A stretch of 64,000 nt of DNA from Escherichia coli (GCF_003334305.1 NZ_QOWS01000007.1), one strand, 5' to 3'. Numbered from the stretch's first letter, positions 43,533-57,311 are shown. Made by a program: numbers and translations. Notes: generated from the letters alone by a model not told the origin.

Positions 43533-45237
43533 TTCATCGTCAAATCGTGGCGAAGCGATTCTCGCCGCCCTGAAAACGCAGTTCCCCGGCGCGGTGCTGG
43601 ATGAAGAGCGACAAACGCCTGAACAGGTCACCATTACGGTGAAAATCAATCTGCTGCCTGACGTTGTACATTATCTTTATTATCAACATGATGGCTGGCT
43701 TCCAGTCCTGTTTGGCAACGACGAGCGGACACTTAACGGTCATTACGCGGTTTATTATGCCCTTTCAATGGAAGGGGCCGAAAAATGCTGGATCGTGGTG
43801 AAGGCACTGGTCGATGCCGACAGTCGGGAGTTTCCGTCAGTCACACCGCGCGTCCCTGCCGCGGTCTGGGGCGAGCGAGAAATTCGCGATATGTACGGGC
43901 TGATTCCGGTTGGCCTGCCGGATCAGCGTCGCCTGGTGTTGCCCGATGACTGGCCGGAAGATATGCATCCGCTGCGCAAAGATGCGATGGATTATCGACT
44001 GCGCCCTGAACCGACGACAGATTCCGAAACGTATGCGTTTATCAATGAGGGCAACAGCGATGCGCGGGAGATCCCTGTCGGCCCGCTGCATATCACCTCC
44101 GATGAACCGGGTCACTTCCGCTTGTTTGTGGATGGCGAGCAAATTGTCGATGCTGATTACCGCCTGTTTTATGTCCATCGCGGCATGGAGAAACTGGCAG
44201 AAACGCGGATGGGCTACAACGAAGTGACCTTCTTATCGGACCGCGTGTGTGGGATTTGCGGTTTTGCCCACAGTGTGGCCTATACCAATTCGGTTGAAAA
44301 TGCACTGGGGATTGAGGTGCCGCAACGAGCACATACTATTCGCTCGATTCTGCTGGAAGTCGAACGGCTACACAGTCATTTGCTTAACCTTGGCCTCTCC
44401 TGCCATTTCGTTGGTTTTGATACCGGCTTTATGCAATTTTTCCGCGTGCGGGAAAAGTCGATGACGATGGCGGAATTGCTGATCGGGTCGCGTAAAACCT
44501 ACGGTCTGAATCTGATTGGTGGTGTTCGCCGCGATATTCTCAAAGAGCAACGTCTGCAAACGCTGAAACTGGTGCGCGAGATGCGCGCCGACGTGTCGGA
44601 GCTGGTAGAGATGCTGCTTGCCACGCCGAATATGGAACAACGCACTCAGGGCATTGGCATTCTCGACCGACAAATCGCCCGTGATTATAGCCCTGTAGGG
44701 CCGCTGATCCGCGGCAGTGGTTTTGCCCGTGATTTGCGCTTTGATCACCCCTACGCCGACTACGGCAATATTCCAAAAACACTGTTTACCTTTACCGGCG
44801 GCGATGTTTTCTCCCGCGTGATGGTCCGTGTCAAAGAGACGTTTGATTCGCTGGCAATGCTGGAATTTGCCCTCGACAACATGCCGGATACCCCACTGCT
44901 GACCGAAGGCTTTAGCTATAAACCTCACGCATTCGCGCTGGGCTTTGTTGAAGCGCCACGCGGTGAAGACGTGCACTGGAGCATGCTCGGTGATAACCAA
45001 AAATTGTTCCGCTGGCGCTGCCGTGCCGCCACCTACGCCAACTGGCCGGTGTTGCGTTACATGCTGCGCGGCAATACCGTTTCTGACGCACCGCTGATTA
45101 TCGGTAGCCTTGATCCCTGCTACTCCTGTACCGACCGTGTGACGCTGGTAGATGTGCGCAAGCGCCAGTCAAAAACCGTGCCGTATAAAGAGATCGAACG
45201 CTACGGCATTGATCGTAACCGTTCGCCGCTGAAGTAA
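43522..45237 (+). CDS. hyfG: Hydrogenase-4 large [NiFe] subunit HyfG (NuoC/D-like)
   Basis: Track ORF 43477..45237; start tentatively placed at GTG 43522 ([10 protein letters not shown]) with ggaga SD 6 nt upstream; CxxC Ni-binding motifs ([19 protein letters not shown]); exact start uncertain. Confidence 0.85.
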   Translation: MNVNSSSNRGEAILAALKTQFPGAVLDEERQTPEQVTITVKINLLPDVVHYLYYQHDGWLPVLFGNDERTLNGHYAVYYALSMEGAEKCWIVVKALVDADSREFPSVTPRVPAAVWGEREIRDMYGLIPVGLPDQRRLVLPDDWPEDMHPLRKDAMDYRLRPEPTTDSETYAFINEGNSDAREIPVGPLHITSDEPGHFRLFVDGEQIVDADYRLFYVHRGMEKLAETRMGYNEVTFLSDRVCGICGFAHSVAYTNSVENALGIEVPQRAHTIRSILLEVERLHSHLLNLGLSCHFVGFDTGFMQFFRVREKSMTMAELLIGSRKTYGLNLIGGVRRDILKEQRLQTLKLVREMRADVSELVEMLLATPNMEQRTQGIGILDRQIARDYSPVGPLIRGSGFARDLRFDHPYADYGNIPKTLFTFTGGDVFSRVMVRVKETFDSLAMLEFALDNMPDTPLLTEGFSYKPHAFALGFVEAPRGEDVHWSMLGDNQKLFRWRCRAATYANWPVLRYMLRGNTVSDAPLIIGSLDPCYSCTDRVTLVDVRKRQSKTVPYKEIERYGIDRNRSPLK

Positions 45238-45246
45238 GGACAGAAG

Positions 45247-45786
45247 ATGCTGAAGTTACTGAAAACTATTATGCGCGCCGGAACCGCGACGGTGAAATAT
45301 CCCTTCGCGCCACTGGAGGTCAGCCCAGGCTTTCGCGGGAAACCGGACCTGATGCCCAGCCAATGTATTGCCTGCGGCGCCTGTGCTTGTCCGGCAAATG
45401 CGCTGACTATCCAGACCGACGACCAGCAAAATTCGCGCACCTGGCAGCTCTATCTGAGGCGTTGTATTTACTGCGGACGTTGTGAAGAAGTGTGCCCGAC
45501 CAGAGCCATCCAGCTTACCAATAACTTTGAACTGACCGTCACCAATAAAGCCGATCTCTATACCCGCGCGACGTTCCATCTACAACGTTGCAGCCGTTGC
45601 GAACGCCCGTTTGCCCCGCAAAAAACCGTCGCACTGGCTGCTGAATTGTTGGCACAGCAACAAAATGCGCCACAAAACCGCGAAATGTTGCGGGCGCAAG
45701 CGAGCGTCTGCCCGGAGTGCAAACAACGCGCGACGCTGATCAACGACGATACAGATGTACCGCTGGTGGCTAAGGAGCAGCTATGA
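45247..45786 (+). CDS. hyfH: Hydrogenase-4 ferredoxin-type subunit HyfH
   Basis: 179-aa ORF with two CxxCxxCxxxCP motifs. Confidence 0.9.
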   Translation: MLKLLKTIMRAGTATVKYPFAPLEVSPGFRGKPDLMPSQCIACGACACPANALTIQTDDQQNSRTWQLYLRRCIYCGRCEEVCPTRAIQLTNNFELTVTNKADLYTRATFHLQRCSRCERPFAPQKTVALAAELLAQQQNAPQNREMLRAQASVCPECKQRATLINDDTDVPLVAKEQL

Positions 45787-46541
45787 GTCCAGTGCTTACA
45801 CAACATGTCAGCCAGCCCATCACGCTGAACGAGCAAACGCAAAAGATGAAGCGGCATTTGCTACAGGATATCCGTCGCTCGGCTTACGTTTATCGCGTCG
45901 ATTGCGGCGGCTGCAACGCCTGTGAAATCGAAATTTTTGCTGCCATCACACCCGTATTCGACGCAGAACGTTTTGGCATTAAGGTTGTTTCATCACCGCG
46001 TCACGCCGATATTTTGTTATTTACTGGCGCAGTCACCCGGGCGATGCGTATGCCTGCACTTCGGGCGTATGAGTCTGCCCCCGATCATAAAATCTGTGTT
46101 TCCTACGGCGCGTGCGGTGTCGGCGGCGGTATTTTCCACGATCTCTACAGCGTCTGGGGCGGCAGCGACACCATTGTCCCCATTGATGTTTGGATCCCCG
46201 GCTGCCCGCCAACACCGGCCGCCACCATTCACGGTTTCGCCGTGGCGCTCGGTTTGCTGCAACAGAAGATTCACGCTGTGGATTATCGCGATCCCACCGG
46301 GGTGACTATGCAACCGCTGTGGCCGCAAATCCCGCCATCACAACGTATCGCCATTGAGCGAGAAGCGCGGCGGCTGGCGGGCTATCGTCAGGGGCGAGAA
46401 ATTTGCGATCGGCTCCTGCGCCATTTAAGCGACGATCCTACAGGAAATCGGGTTAACACCTGGTTGCGCGATGCCGACGATCCACGTCTCAATAGTATCG
46501 TTCAGCAACTCTTTCGCGTACTCCGGGGGTTACATGACTGA
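45783..46541 (+). CDS. hyfI: Hydrogenase-4 small subunit HyfI (NuoB-like)
   Basis: 252-aa ORF with CGGCNACE and GCPP motifs. Confidence 0.9.
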   Translation: MSPVLTQHVSQPITLNEQTQKMKRHLLQDIRRSAYVYRVDCGGCNACEIEIFAAITPVFDAERFGIKVVSSPRHADILLFTGAVTRAMRMPALRAYESAPDHKICVSYGACGVGGGIFHDLYSVWGGSDTIVPIDVWIPGCPPTPAATIHGFAVALGLLQQKIHAVDYRDPTGVTMQPLWPQIPPSQRIAIEREARRLAGYRQGREICDRLLRHLSDDPTGNRVNTWLRDADDPRLNSIVQQLFRVLRGLHD

Positions 46542-46947
46542 AGAGTGCGGGGAAATTGTTTTCTGGACGCTGCGAAAAAAGTTTGTCGCCAGTAGCGACG
46601 AGATGCCGGAACACAGCTCTCAGGTAATGTATTACTCGCTGGCTATCGGTCATCACGTTGGCGTGATTGATTGTCTGAATGTCGCCTTCCGCTGCCCACT
46701 GACGGAATACGAAGATTGGCTTGCACTGGTCGAAGAGGAACAAGCCCGACGTAAGATGCTGGGGGTGATGACTTTTGGTGAGATTGTTATTGACGCCAGC
46801 CACACCGCCCTGTTGACCCGGGCATTCGCGCCACTGGCAGATGACGCGACGTCTGTGTGGCAGGCGCGTAGCATTCAATTCATTCATCTGTTGGATGAAA
46901 TTGTGCAGGAACCGGCCATCTATCTGATGGCCAGAAAAATTGCGTGA
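46534..46947 (+). CDS. hyfJ: Hydrogenase-4 component HyfJ (HycH-like maturation factor)
   Basis: Track ORF is 158 aa; start chosen at [17 protein letters not shown] (137 aa), overlapping the hyfI stop. Confidence 0.85.
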   Translation: MTEECGEIVFWTLRKKFVASSDEMPEHSSQVMYYSLAIGHHVGVIDCLNVAFRCPLTEYEDWLALVEEEQARRKMLGVMTFGEIVIDASHTALLTRAFAPLADDATSVWQARSIQFIHLLDEIVQEPAIYLMARKIA

Positions 46948-46976
46948 GAAGGATTTCTCATTAATAAGGACTGTTG

Positions 46977-48989
46977 ATGGCTATGTCAGACGAGGCGATG
47001 TTTGCCCCGCCACAAGGAATAACAATTGAAGCGGTAAACGGAATGCTCGCGGAGCGGTTAGCACAGAAACACGGTAAGGCGTCTTTATTACGCGCCTTCA
47101 TCCCGATGCCGCCGCCGTTCAGCCCGGTACAACTTATTGAACTGCATGTTCTCAAAAGCAACTTCTATTACCGCTACCATGATGATGGCAGCGATGTGAC
47201 GGCAACAACAGAGTATCAGGGCGAGATGGTCGATTATTCGCGTCACGCCGTCCTTCTCGGCAGTAGTGGAATGGCGGAGCTACGCTTTATTCGCACCCAC
47301 GGCAGCCGTTTTACTCCCCAGGATTGCACACTGTTTAACTGGCTGGCGCGGATAATCACCCCGGTTCTGCAATCATGGCTCAATGATGAAGAACAGCAGG
47401 TGGCGCTGCGTTTGCTGGAGAAAGATCGCGATCATCATCGGGTACTGGTTGATATTACTAATGCAGTGCTGTCACATCTTGATCTCGACGATCTGATCGC
47501 TGACGTCGCTCGTGAGATCCATCATTTTTTCGGTCTGGCTTCAGTCAGTATGGTACTGGGCGATCATCGAAAGAACGAGAAGTTTAGCCTGTGGTGCAGC
47601 GATCTTTCTGCCTCACATTGTGCGTGTCTGCCACGCAATATGCCTGGCGACAGTGTATTGCTGACACAAACGCTACAAACCCGACAACCGACCTTGACGC
47701 ACCGTGCAGACGATCTGTTTCTCTGGCAACGCGACCCGTTATTACTCTTACTTGCATCTAACGGCTGCGAATCTGTGCTCCTTATACCGCTTACCTTTGG
47801 CAACCATACACCGGGTGCATTGTTGCTGGCGCATACCTCTTCCACTCTCTTTAGTGAGGAAAACTGCCAGCTACTACAACACATAGCCGATCGCATCGCT
47901 ATTGCCGTTGGCAATGCCGATGCCTGGCGTAGCATGACCGATTTGCAGGAAAGTTTGCAGCAAGAAAACCACCAGCTTAGCGAGCAGCTCCTTTCGAATC
48001 TGGGCATCGGTGACATTATCTATCAAAGCCAGGCAATGGAAGACCTGCTCCAGCAGGTAGATATTGTGGCGAAGAGCGACAGTACGGTGTTGATTTGCGG
48101 TGAAACCGGAACCGGCAAAGAGGTGATCGCCAGAGCGATCCATCAACTTAGCCCGCGACGCGACAAGCCGCTGGTCAAAATCAACTGCGCTGCCATCCCC
48201 GCCAGTCTTCTGGAAAGTGAGTTATTCGGTCATGACAAAGGGGCGTTTACTGGTGCGATTAATACCCATCGTGGTCGTTTTGAAATTGCCGATGGCGGCA
48301 CGTTGTTTCTCGATGAAATTGGCGATCTGCCGTTAGAACTTCAGCCTAAACTGCTGCGCGTATTGCAGGAACGGGAGATTGAGCGTCTCGGCGGGAGTAG
48401 AACGATCCCGGTAAATGTCAGAGTCATTGCCGCCACCAACCGTGATTTGTGGCAAATGGTTGAAGATCGCCAGTTTCGCAGCGATCTCTTTTATCGCCTG
48501 AATGTCTTCCCACTGGAATTGCCGCCGCTGCGCGACCGTCCGGAAGATATCCCTCTTTTAGCAAAGCATTTCACGCAAAAAATGGCGCGCCATATGAATC
48601 GTTCAATTGACGCCATCCCGACCGAGGCGCTACGCCAGTTGATGTCGTGGGACTGGCCGGGCAACGTGCGCGAGCTGGAAAACGTGATTGAGCGAGCGGT
48701 ACTGCTGACTCGCGGTAACAGTCTGAATTTACATCTTAATGTCCGACAAAGCCGTTTACTGCCGACGCTAAATGAAGATTCAGCGCTTCGCAGTTCAATG
48801 GCGCAGTTGCTGCACCCGACGACGCCAGAGAATGACGAAGAAGAACGTCAGCGCATTGTTCAGGTATTGCGAGAAACCAATGGCATTGTTGCCGGGCCCC
48901 GTGGCGCGGCGACACGATTAGGGATGAAGCGCACCACGCTGCTGTCACGAATGCAGCGTCTGGGAATCTCGGTTCGCGAGGTGTTGTAA
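46977..48989 (+). CDS. hyfR: Sigma54-dependent transcriptional activator HyfR (FhlA-like; GAF, AAA+ and HTH domains)
   Basis: 670 aa from the second Met; AAA+ Walker A GETGTGKE and GAFTGA sigma54-contact motif. Confidence 0.9.
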   Translation: MAMSDEAMFAPPQGITIEAVNGMLAERLAQKHGKASLLRAFIPMPPPFSPVQLIELHVLKSNFYYRYHDDGSDVTATTEYQGEMVDYSRHAVLLGSSGMAELRFIRTHGSRFTPQDCTLFNWLARIITPVLQSWLNDEEQQVALRLLEKDRDHHRVLVDITNAVLSHLDLDDLIADVAREIHHFFGLASVSMVLGDHRKNEKFSLWCSDLSASHCACLPRNMPGDSVLLTQTLQTRQPTLTHRADDLFLWQRDPLLLLLASNGCESVLLIPLTFGNHTPGALLLAHTSSTLFSEENCQLLQHIADRIAIAVGNADAWRSMTDLQESLQQENHQLSEQLLSNLGIGDIIYQSQAMEDLLQQVDIVAKSDSTVLICGETGTGKEVIARAIHQLSPRRDKPLVKINCAAIPASLLESELFGHDKGAFTGAINTHRGRFEIADGGTLFLDEIGDLPLELQPKLLRVLQEREIERLGGSRTIPVNVRVIAATNRDLWQMVEDRQFRSDLFYRLNVFPLELPPLRDRPEDIPLLAKHFTQKMARHMNRSIDAIPTEALRQLMSWDWPGNVRELENVIERAVLLTRGNSLNLHLNVRQSRLLPTLNEDSALRSSMAQLLHPTTPENDEEERQRIVQVLRETNGIVAGPRGAATRLGMKRTTLLSRMQRLGISVREVL

Positions 48990-49010
48990 TCTGCTTTTGC
49001 AGGAGTATGC

Positions 49011-49859
49011 ATGAGAAACAAACTCTCTTTCGACTTGCAGTTGAGCGCCAGAAAAGCGGCAATCGCTGAACGGATTGCTGCCCATAAAATTGCCCGCAGT
49101 AAAGTGTCGGTCTTTTTAATGGCGATGTCCGCTGGCGTGTTTATGGCGATCGGATTTACTTTTTACCTTTCAGTTATCGCCGATGCCCCGTCTTCACAGG
49201 CATTAACCCATCTGGTGGGCGGCCTTTGCTTTACACTTGGCTTTATTTTGCTGGCGGTTTGCGGCACCAACCTGTTCACCTCGTCGGTAATGACGGTAAT
49301 GGCAAAAAGTCGGGGCGTTATTAGTTGGCGAACTTGGCTGATTAACGCACTTCTGGTGGCCTGCGGTAATCTGGCAGGTATTGCCTGTTTCAGTTTGTTA
49401 ATCTGGTTTTCCGGGCTGGTGATGAGTGAAAACGCGATGTGGGGAGTCGCGGTTTTACACTGCGCCGAGGGCAAAATGCATCATACATTTACTGAATCTG
49501 TCAGCCTCGGCATTATGTGCAATCTGATGGTTTGCCTGGCGCTGTGGATGAGTTATTGCGGGCGTTCGTTATGCGACAAAATCGTCGCCATGATTTTGCC
49601 CATCACCCTGTTTGTCGCCAGTGGCTTTGAGCACTATATCGCCAATTTGTTTGTGATTCCGTTCGCCATTGCCATTCGCCATTTCGCCCCTACCTCCTTC
49701 TGGCAACTGGCGCACAGTAGCGCAGACAATTTTCCGGCACTGACGGTCAGCCATTTTATTACCGCCAATCTGCTCCCGGTGATGCTGGGTAATATTATCG
49801 GCGGTGCAGTGCTGGTGAGTATTTGTTATCGGGCTATTTATTTACGTCAGGAATCCTGA
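49011..49859 (+). CDS. focB: Formate channel FocB (FNT family)
   Basis: 282-aa polytopic ORF, recognised FocB. Confidence 0.92.
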   Translation: MRNKLSFDLQLSARKAAIAERIAAHKIARSKVSVFLMAMSAGVFMAIGFTFYLSVIADAPSSQALTHLVGGLCFTLGFILLAVCGTNLFTSSVMTVMAKSRGVISWRTWLINALLVACGNLAGIACFSLLIWFSGLVMSENAMWGVAVLHCAEGKMHHTFTESVSLGIMCNLMVCLALWMSYCGRSLCDKIVAMILPITLFVASGFEHYIANLFVIPFAIAIRHFAPTSFWQLAHSSADNFPALTVSHFITANLLPVMLGNIIGGAVLVSICYRAIYLRQES

Positions 49860-49864
49860 AAAAT

Positions 49865-49892
49865 CAGCCCGGCGAAACAGTTCGTCGGGCTG
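49865..49892. terminator. Bidirectional terminator hairpin between convergent focB and perM
   Basis: cagcccggcgaaacagttcgtcgggctg stem-loop between the two stop codons. Confidence 0.55.
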
Positions 49893-49896
49893 AAGA

Positions 49897-50958
49897 TTAT
49901 TCTTGCGCGATTTGCCCATCGGGCCAGGCGTGGATCACGGCTTTGATCAGCGTCGCCAATGGAATGGCGAAGAATACGCCCCAGAATCCCCACAAACCAC
50001 CGAAGATCACCACCGATAAAATAATCACCAGCGGATGCAGGTTAACCGCTTCGGAGAACAACACCGGTACTAGCAGGTTGCCGTCCAGCGCCTGAATAAT
50101 CAGATACACCGCGAAGCAGCTCCAGAATTCCGTGCCTGCGCCAAACTGGAATAGCGCCACGCCAACCACCGGAATGGTCACCACAAATGCGCCAATGTAC
50201 GGAATAAGAACCGAGAAGCCGACCAGCACCGCCAGCAGCAGCGAATAGTTCAGCCCAAAGAGCAAGAACCCCAGCCAGGTGGCGATCCCCACCACGATCA
50301 TCTCCAGCACTTTGCCGCGGATATAGTTGGTGATTTGTTGATTCATCTCCTTCCACACCTGTCCTGCCAGTCCACGGTTGCGCGGCAGCACCCGACGAAC
50401 GGCGTTCAGCATCTGCTCTTTGTCTTTCAGCAGGAAGAAGACCATCAATGGCACCAGCACCAGATAGACGGCAATGGTCAGCAAACCGACCAGCGAGGCG
50501 AGGGAAATTTTCACCACCGAATCGCCCATGGTCAGCATCCGACTGCGCATATTTTCGGCCATTGCATCAATAATGCCCGCGTCCATTAACGCCGGATAGC
50601 GACGCGGCAACGTGGCGGCAAAGTCAGAAAGCTTATTGAGCATCCCCGGCATATCGCGGATTAAGTAGATGCCCTGTTGCCAGGCGATAGGCAGTACCAC
50701 GAACGCCATCAGTAGCAATATACCGACAAAAACCACCAATACAATCGACGTCGCCCAGCGGCGGGAGCAGCCAATAGATTGCAGGCGCACGGTTGGCCAT
50801 TCCAGCAAATAGGCCAGCACAATAGCCACCAGCAACGGAGCAAGCAGGCCACTAAAGAAAAAGATAATGCCAAATCCGGCAACTAAAATAACCAGCAAGG
50901 CAATCGCTTCCGGGTCGCTAAAACGGCGGCGATACCATTGCATCAACATTTCGAGCAT
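49897..50958 (-). CDS. perM: AI-2E family transporter PerM (YfgO)
   Basis: 353-aa polytopic ORF, recognised PerM. Confidence 0.9.
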   Translation of the reverse strand: MLEMLMQWYRRRFSDPEAIALLVILVAGFGIIFFFSGLLAPLLVAIVLAYLLEWPTVRLQSIGCSRRWATSIVLVVFVGILLLMAFVVLPIAWQQGIYLIRDMPGMLNKLSDFAATLPRRYPALMDAGIIDAMAENMRSRMLTMGDSVVKISLASLVGLLTIAVYLVLVPLMVFFLLKDKEQMLNAVRRVLPRNRGLAGQVWKEMNQQITNYIRGKVLEMIVVGIATWLGFLLFGLNYSLLLAVLVGFSVLIPYIGAFVVTIPVVGVALFQFGAGTEFWSCFAVYLIIQALDGNLLVPVLFSEAVNLHPLVIILSVVIFGGLWGFWGVFFAIPLATLIKAVIHAWPDGQIAQE

Positions 50959-51170
50959 AAAAACCTTCCCTGAACCTCAAGAGCGGGATTGCGATCCGCA
51001 ATTGTATCGAAATGTCACAAAAAAGACTTCGCTTTTTATGACGGATTCAGGAAACTGAAAAGTCATTTGAGTGGGCTAATCTTCGCCGTTACACTCAAAG
51101 GCGGCGCGGTGGGAACGATATTTAACAGTATCGGTCAAATGACTATCTTCAGAAATACAGGATAGAGGTT

Positions 51171-52634
51171 ATGTTCAGGCAGTTGAAAAAAAACCTGGTT
51201 GCAACCCTCATTGCTGCTATGACCATTGGTCAGGTAGCCCCGGCGTTTGCCGACAGCGCAGACACCTTGCCGGATATGGGAACCTCCGCAGGAAGCACGC
51301 TTTCCATTGGTCAGGAAATGCAGATGGGCGACTATTATGTCCGCCAGCTACGCGGCAGCGCGCCGTTAATTAATGACCCGCTGTTAACGCAATATATTAA
51401 TTCGCTGGGGATGCGTCTGGTTTCGCATGCCAATTCGGTTAAGACACCGTTTCATTTTTTTCTGATCAACAACGACGAAATTAACGCCTTTGCTTTCTTT
51501 GGCGGCAACGTGGTGCTGCACTCTGCCCTGTTCCGTTATTCCGATAACGAAAGTCAACTGGCTTCAGTTATGGCGCACGAAATCTCCCACGTCACCCAAC
51601 GTCACCTGGCGCGAGCGATGGAAGATCAACAACGCAGCGCGCCGCTGACCTGGGTCGGCGCGTTAGGTTCTATTTTACTGGCGATGGCCAGTCCGCAGGC
51701 GGGGATGGCGGCGCTGACCGGTACACTGGCGGGAACACGTCAGGGGATGATCAGTTTCACCCAGCAAAATGAACAGGAAGCGGACCGCATTGGTATTCAG
51801 GTGCTGCAACGCTCGGGATTCGATCCGCAGGCGATGCCAACCTTCCTCGAAAAATTACTCGATCAGGCGCGTTACTCCTCGCGCCCGCCGGAAATTTTAT
51901 TGACTCACCCGTTGCCGGAAAGTCGTCTGGCAGATGCCCGCAACCGTGCTAATCAGATGCGACCGATGGTGGTGCAGTCGTCGGAAGATTTCTATCTGGC
52001 GAAAGCGCGCACACTGGGGATGTATAATTCCGGACGTAACCAGCTCACCAGTGATTTGCTGGATGAATGGGCGAAAGGAAACGTTCGTCAGCAACGAGCG
52101 GCGCAATATGGTCGTGCTTTACAGGCGATGGAAGCCAATAAATACGACGAGGCGCGTAAAACGCTGCAACCGTTACTGGCGGCAGAACCTGGCAACGCAT
52201 GGTATCTCGATCTGGCTACCGATATCGATCTTGGGCAAAACAAAGCCAATGAGGCAATCAATCGCCTGAAAAATGCCCGTGATTTGCGCACCAATCCGGT
52301 GTTGCAGCTCAACCTGGCGAACGCTTATCTACAAGGCGGTCAACCACAAGAAGCGGCCAATATTCTCAATCGCTACACTTTTAACAATAAAGATGACAGC
52401 AACGGCTGGGATTTACTGGCACAGGCGGAAGCCGCGCTAAATAACCGCGATCAGGAACTGGCTGCGCGAGCAGAAGGTTATGCGCTCGCCGGGCGACTCG
52501 ATCAGGCCATTTCGCTGTTGAGTAGCGCCAGTTCGCAGGTGAAATTAGGCAGCCTGCAACAAGCGCGTTACGATGCGCGCATCGACCAGTTGCGCCAGCT
52601 GCAGGAACGCTTTAAGCCTTATACCAAGATGTAA
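51171..52634 (+). CDS. bepA: Periplasmic beta-barrel assembly-enhancing protease BepA (M48 peptidase plus TPR)
   Basis: 487-aa ORF with signal peptide and [10 protein letters not shown] zinc motif. Confidence 0.93.
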
Positions 52635-52654
52635 TTCGCATTAAAGGAAGAACA

Positions 52655-53014
52655 ATGACCAAACAGGTAAAAATCTACCATAACCCACGCTGTTCAAAGA
52701 GCCGGGAAACGCTGAACCTGCTGAAAGAAAACGGCGTGGAGCCAGAAGTGGTGCTCTACCTTGAGACACCCGCCGATGCGGCAACGCTGCGCGATTTGCT
52801 GAAAATGCTGGGGATGAATAGCGCCCGTGAATTGATGCGCCAGAAAGAGGATCTTTATAAAGAACTGAACCTGGCTGACAGTTCGCTTAGCGAAGAGGCG
52901 CTGATTCAGGCAATGGTGGATAATCCGAAGCTAATGGAGCGCCCGATTGTGGTCGCGAATGGCAAAGCGCGGATTGGTCGTCCACCGGAGCAGGTACTGG
53001 AAATCGTGGGTTAA
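52655..53014 (+). CDS. yfgD: ArsC-family protein YfgD
   Basis: 119-aa ORF, recognised YfgD. Confidence 0.9.
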   Translation: MTKQVKIYHNPRCSKSRETLNLLKENGVEPEVVLYLETPADAATLRDLLKMLGMNSARELMRQKEDLYKELNLADSSLSEEALIQAMVDNPKLMERPIVVANGKARIGRPPEQVLEIVG

Positions 53015-53044
53015 GATGTGCTCCATCGCTAGTTGAAGCACATT

Positions 53045-53139
53045 GCCGGATGCGACGCTTGCCACGTCTTATCCGGCCTACGAATACTATGGATTAACTT
53101 CGCGTAGTTCGGATAAGGCGTTCGCGCCGCATCCGACAA
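53045..53139. repeat. REP/BIME cluster between yfgD and hda
   Basis: Inverted gccggatgcgacgc...cttatccggcctac and ggataaggcgttcgcgccgcatccg units. Confidence 0.6.
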
Positions 53140-53151
53140 TAAACACCTTAT

Positions 53152-53853
53152 CTACAACTTCAGAATTTCTTTCACAAACGGAATGGTCAGCTTACGTTGC
53201 GCGGTAATCGACGCACGATCCAACTGATCCAACGTCATAAATAGCGTGCGCATTTCTCTGTCGAGCCGCTTCAGCAAGAAACGCCCCACATCTTCCGGCA
53301 GTTCAAAACCACGCAAACGCGCGCGTAACTGTAGCGCCTGCAACTTATCTTCATCAGAAAGTGGCTGCAATTTGTAGATCTGCCCCCAGTCGAGTCGCGA
53401 CGCGAGATCCGGTAACCCCAGATTCAACTGCCGCGGTGGACGATCGCCGGTGATCAACAATCGTGTTTTGCCCGATTCCAGAATTCGATTGTAGAGATCG
53501 AAAATCGCCATCTCCCACAACTCATCGCCTGCAATACACTCAATGTTGTCGATACAGACCAGCGACAAATGCTCCATACCGTCGAGCACTTCCGGAACAA
53601 ACCAGGTGCGTTTATCCAGCGGGACATAGCCCACCGCATCGCCACGCTGCGACAATTCCGCGCAAGCCGCGTGCAGCAGATGGCTGCGCCCCGCGCCTTC
53701 GCGTGCCCAGAGATAGATGTAACCGCTATGTTCCTGACGCAGCACGTTTTGCAGCGCAGCCAGTAAAGAGGAGTTATCCCCCGGCCAGAAACTTGCAAAG
53801 GTTTCGTCGTCAGGAAGATAAAGTGGCAAAGAGAGCTGTGCCGGTGTGTTCAG
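53152..53853 (-). CDS. hda: DnaA-inactivating (RIDA) protein Hda, with non-AUG (CTG) start
   Basis: Track ORF is 248 aa from an upstream ATG; functional Hda is reported to begin at a CTG giving [19 protein letters not shown] (233 aa); AAA+ domain. Confidence 0.8.
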
Positions 53854-53947
53854 AGATACCTCAACCAGGATTTCACAAAATCGCGAGAAGTTTACCACAG
53901 AATCCCATGATGTTTGAACCGGGCAGCAACACTGCCCGGTCGGTACA

Positions 53948-55237
53948 TTATTTGTCTGTTATATCCGCGTCTTCTGCGTCCAGCACCACTTCTTCAGGGC
54001 GCAGCACACTAATCAGTTTGAAGATCAAACTTAAGCCGATACCGACGATGGTCGCCAGCGCCATACCTTTTAACTCCGCCGCGCCGATGTTTACCTTCGC
54101 GCCACTGACGCCGATGATCAAAATCACGGAAGTCAGGATCAGGTTCTGTGCTTTGTTGTAATCCACTTTCGATTCGATCAAAACACGAATACCGGAAGCA
54201 CCGATGACACCATAAAGCAGCAGCGAAACGCCGCCCATCACCGGCAATGGGATCATCTGGATAGCGGCAGCCAGTTTACCGACGCAGGAAAGCAGGATAG
54301 CGAAAATCGCCGCCCCGCCGATAACCCAGGTACTGTAAACACGGGTGATCGCCATCACGCCAATGTTTTCTCCGTAAGTGGTATTTGGCGTGGAGCCAAA
54401 GAAGCCGGAGATCACGGTCGACAGGCCGTTAGCAAACATCGAACGGTGCAGACCTGGATCGCGCAGCAGATCTTTTTTGACGATATTAGCCGTTACTACC
54501 AGGTGCCCTACGTGTTCGGCAATAACCACTAATGCCGCTGGCAGAATAGTCAGAATGGCAAACCACTCGAAGCGCGGCGTATAGAGGGTTGGCAGCGCAA
54601 ACCAGTGAGCATTAATAATCGGCGTGGTATCGACAATTCCCATTGCGAAAGAGAGCGCGTACCCCACCAGCACGCCAATTAAAATCGGGATAATTGCCAG
54701 GAAACCACGGAACAGCACGGAACCTAAAACCGTGACCGCCAGGGTGGTAATAGAGATGATGATGGTTTTGGAGTCTGGCGTTTGCCCTTCAGCCGGGAGT
54801 AAACCCGCCATACCGGCAGCTACGCCCGCCAGCTCCAGACCGATGACGGCAACGATTGCGCCCATTGCCGCAGGTGGAAACAGCACGTCCAGCCAGCCGG
54901 TCCCCGCTTTCTTCACGATAAAAGAAACCAGGCAGAACAGCACGCCGCACATAATAAAGCCGCCCAGCGCGACTTCATACCCCAACGGCAACAGTAACAA
55001 TACCGGTGAAATAAAGGCAAAGCTGGAACCAAGATAAGCCGGAATTTTCCCTTTACAGATGAAGAGATACAGCAGCGTTCCAATACCGTTAAATAACAGT
55101 ACAGTCGCCGGGTTAATATGAAATAAGACGGGCACCAGGACGGTTGCACCAAACATGGCGAACAAATGTTGCAAACTAAGCGGGATTGTCTGTAAAAGTG
55201 GCGGTCTTTCACTCACCCCGATAGCACGGCGCGTCAT
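53948..55237 (-). CDS. uraA: Uracil:proton symporter UraA
   Basis: Track ORF is 443 aa; start chosen at [16 protein letters not shown] (429 aa). Confidence 0.92.
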   Translation of the reverse strand: MTRRAIGVSERPPLLQTIPLSLQHLFAMFGATVLVPVLFHINPATVLLFNGIGTLLYLFICKGKIPAYLGSSFAFISPVLLLLPLGYEVALGGFIMCGVLFCLVSFIVKKAGTGWLDVLFPPAAMGAIVAVIGLELAGVAAGMAGLLPAEGQTPDSKTIIISITTLAVTVLGSVLFRGFLAIIPILIGVLVGYALSFAMGIVDTTPIINAHWFALPTLYTPRFEWFAILTILPAALVVIAEHVGHLVVTANIVKKDLLRDPGLHRSMFANGLSTVISGFFGSTPNTTYGENIGVMAITRVYSTWVIGGAAIFAILLSCVGKLAAAIQMIPLPVMGGVSLLLYGVIGASGIRVLIESKVDYNKAQNLILTSVILIIGVSGAKVNIGAAELKGMALATIVGIGLSLIFKLISVLRPEEVVLDAEDADITDK

Positions 55238-55279
55238 AGTATTATCCTCTGTATTATGTGTTATAGGCGCTTTACTCAA

Positions 55280-55308
55280 AAAAAAGCCGACTCTTAAAGT
55301 CGGCTTTA
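55280..55308 (-). terminator. Intercistronic rho-independent terminator/attenuator between upp and uraA
   Basis: On the minus strand, hairpin aaagccgactttaagagtcggcttt followed by an 8-T run. Confidence 0.6.
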
Positions 55309-55322
55309 ATTATTTTTATTCT

Positions 55323-55949
55323 TTATTTCGTACCAAAGATTTTGTCACCGGCATCGCCGAGGCCCGGAATAATGTATCCGTGCTCGTTCAGTCCCTGGTC
55401 AATCGATGCGGTATACAGTTCGACGTCCGGGTGCGCTTTTTCCAGCGCAGCGATACCTTCTGGCGCAGCTACCAGCACCAGAACTTTGATGCTGCTGCAG
55501 CCCGCTTTTTTCAGCAGGTCGATGGTCGCGATAACGGAACCACCGGTTGCCAGCATTGGGTCAACGATCAGCGCCATACGCTCATCGATGTTAGAAACCA
55601 GTTTCTGGAAGTACGGTACCGGCTCCAGCGTTTCTTCATTACGGTACATACCGACAACGCTGATGCGCGCGCTCGGAACATTTTCCAGTACACCGTCCAT
55701 CATCCCCAGACCGGCACGCAGAATTGGCACAACGGTAATTTTCTTACCTTTGATCTGGTCGATTTCTACCGGGCCGTTCCAGCCTTCGATAGTTACTTTT
55801 TCCGTTTCGAGGTCGGCGGTCGCTTCGTAAGTCAGCAGGCTACCCACTTCGGAAGCGAGTTCGCGAAAGCGCTTGGTGCTGATATCTTGCTCACGCATCA
55901 GTCCCAGCTTGTGTTTGACGAGTGGGTGTTTGACTTCCACGATCTTCAT
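55323..55949 (-). CDS. upp: Uracil phosphoribosyltransferase Upp
   Basis: Track ORF is 217 aa; start chosen at [16 protein letters not shown] (208 aa). Confidence 0.93.
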
Positions 55950-56194
55950 ACTCTTTCTCCTTTGAGGGGCAGCCACAAAAAAAATCGACGGATTATACCT
56001 CCTTTCTTCAAGGCGGCAATATTCTTTTCGTTGACTTTAGTCAAAATGATAACGGTTTGAGATAAAGTTATTTTATATTCAAATGGTTATGAAAGAAGAT
56101 TATTCCATCCGAAAACTAACCTTTGCCCTGGCACAAGTCTTCTTTCGCCGCGCGTCTGGGGAAAAGACGTGCAAAAAGGTTGTGTAAAGCAGTC

Positions 56195-56210
56195 TCGCAA
56201 ACGTTTGCTT
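56195..56210. promoter_or_regulatory. PurR operator (PUR box) of purMN
   Basis: tcgcaaacgtttgctt matches the PUR-box consensus at 14/16, about 65 bp upstream of the purM start. Confidence 0.6.
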
Positions 56211-56255
56211 TCCCTGTTAGAATTGCGCCGAATTTTATTTTTCTACCGCAAGTAA

Positions 56256-57310
<1,055 letters not shown>

Positions 57311-57311
<1 letters not shown>

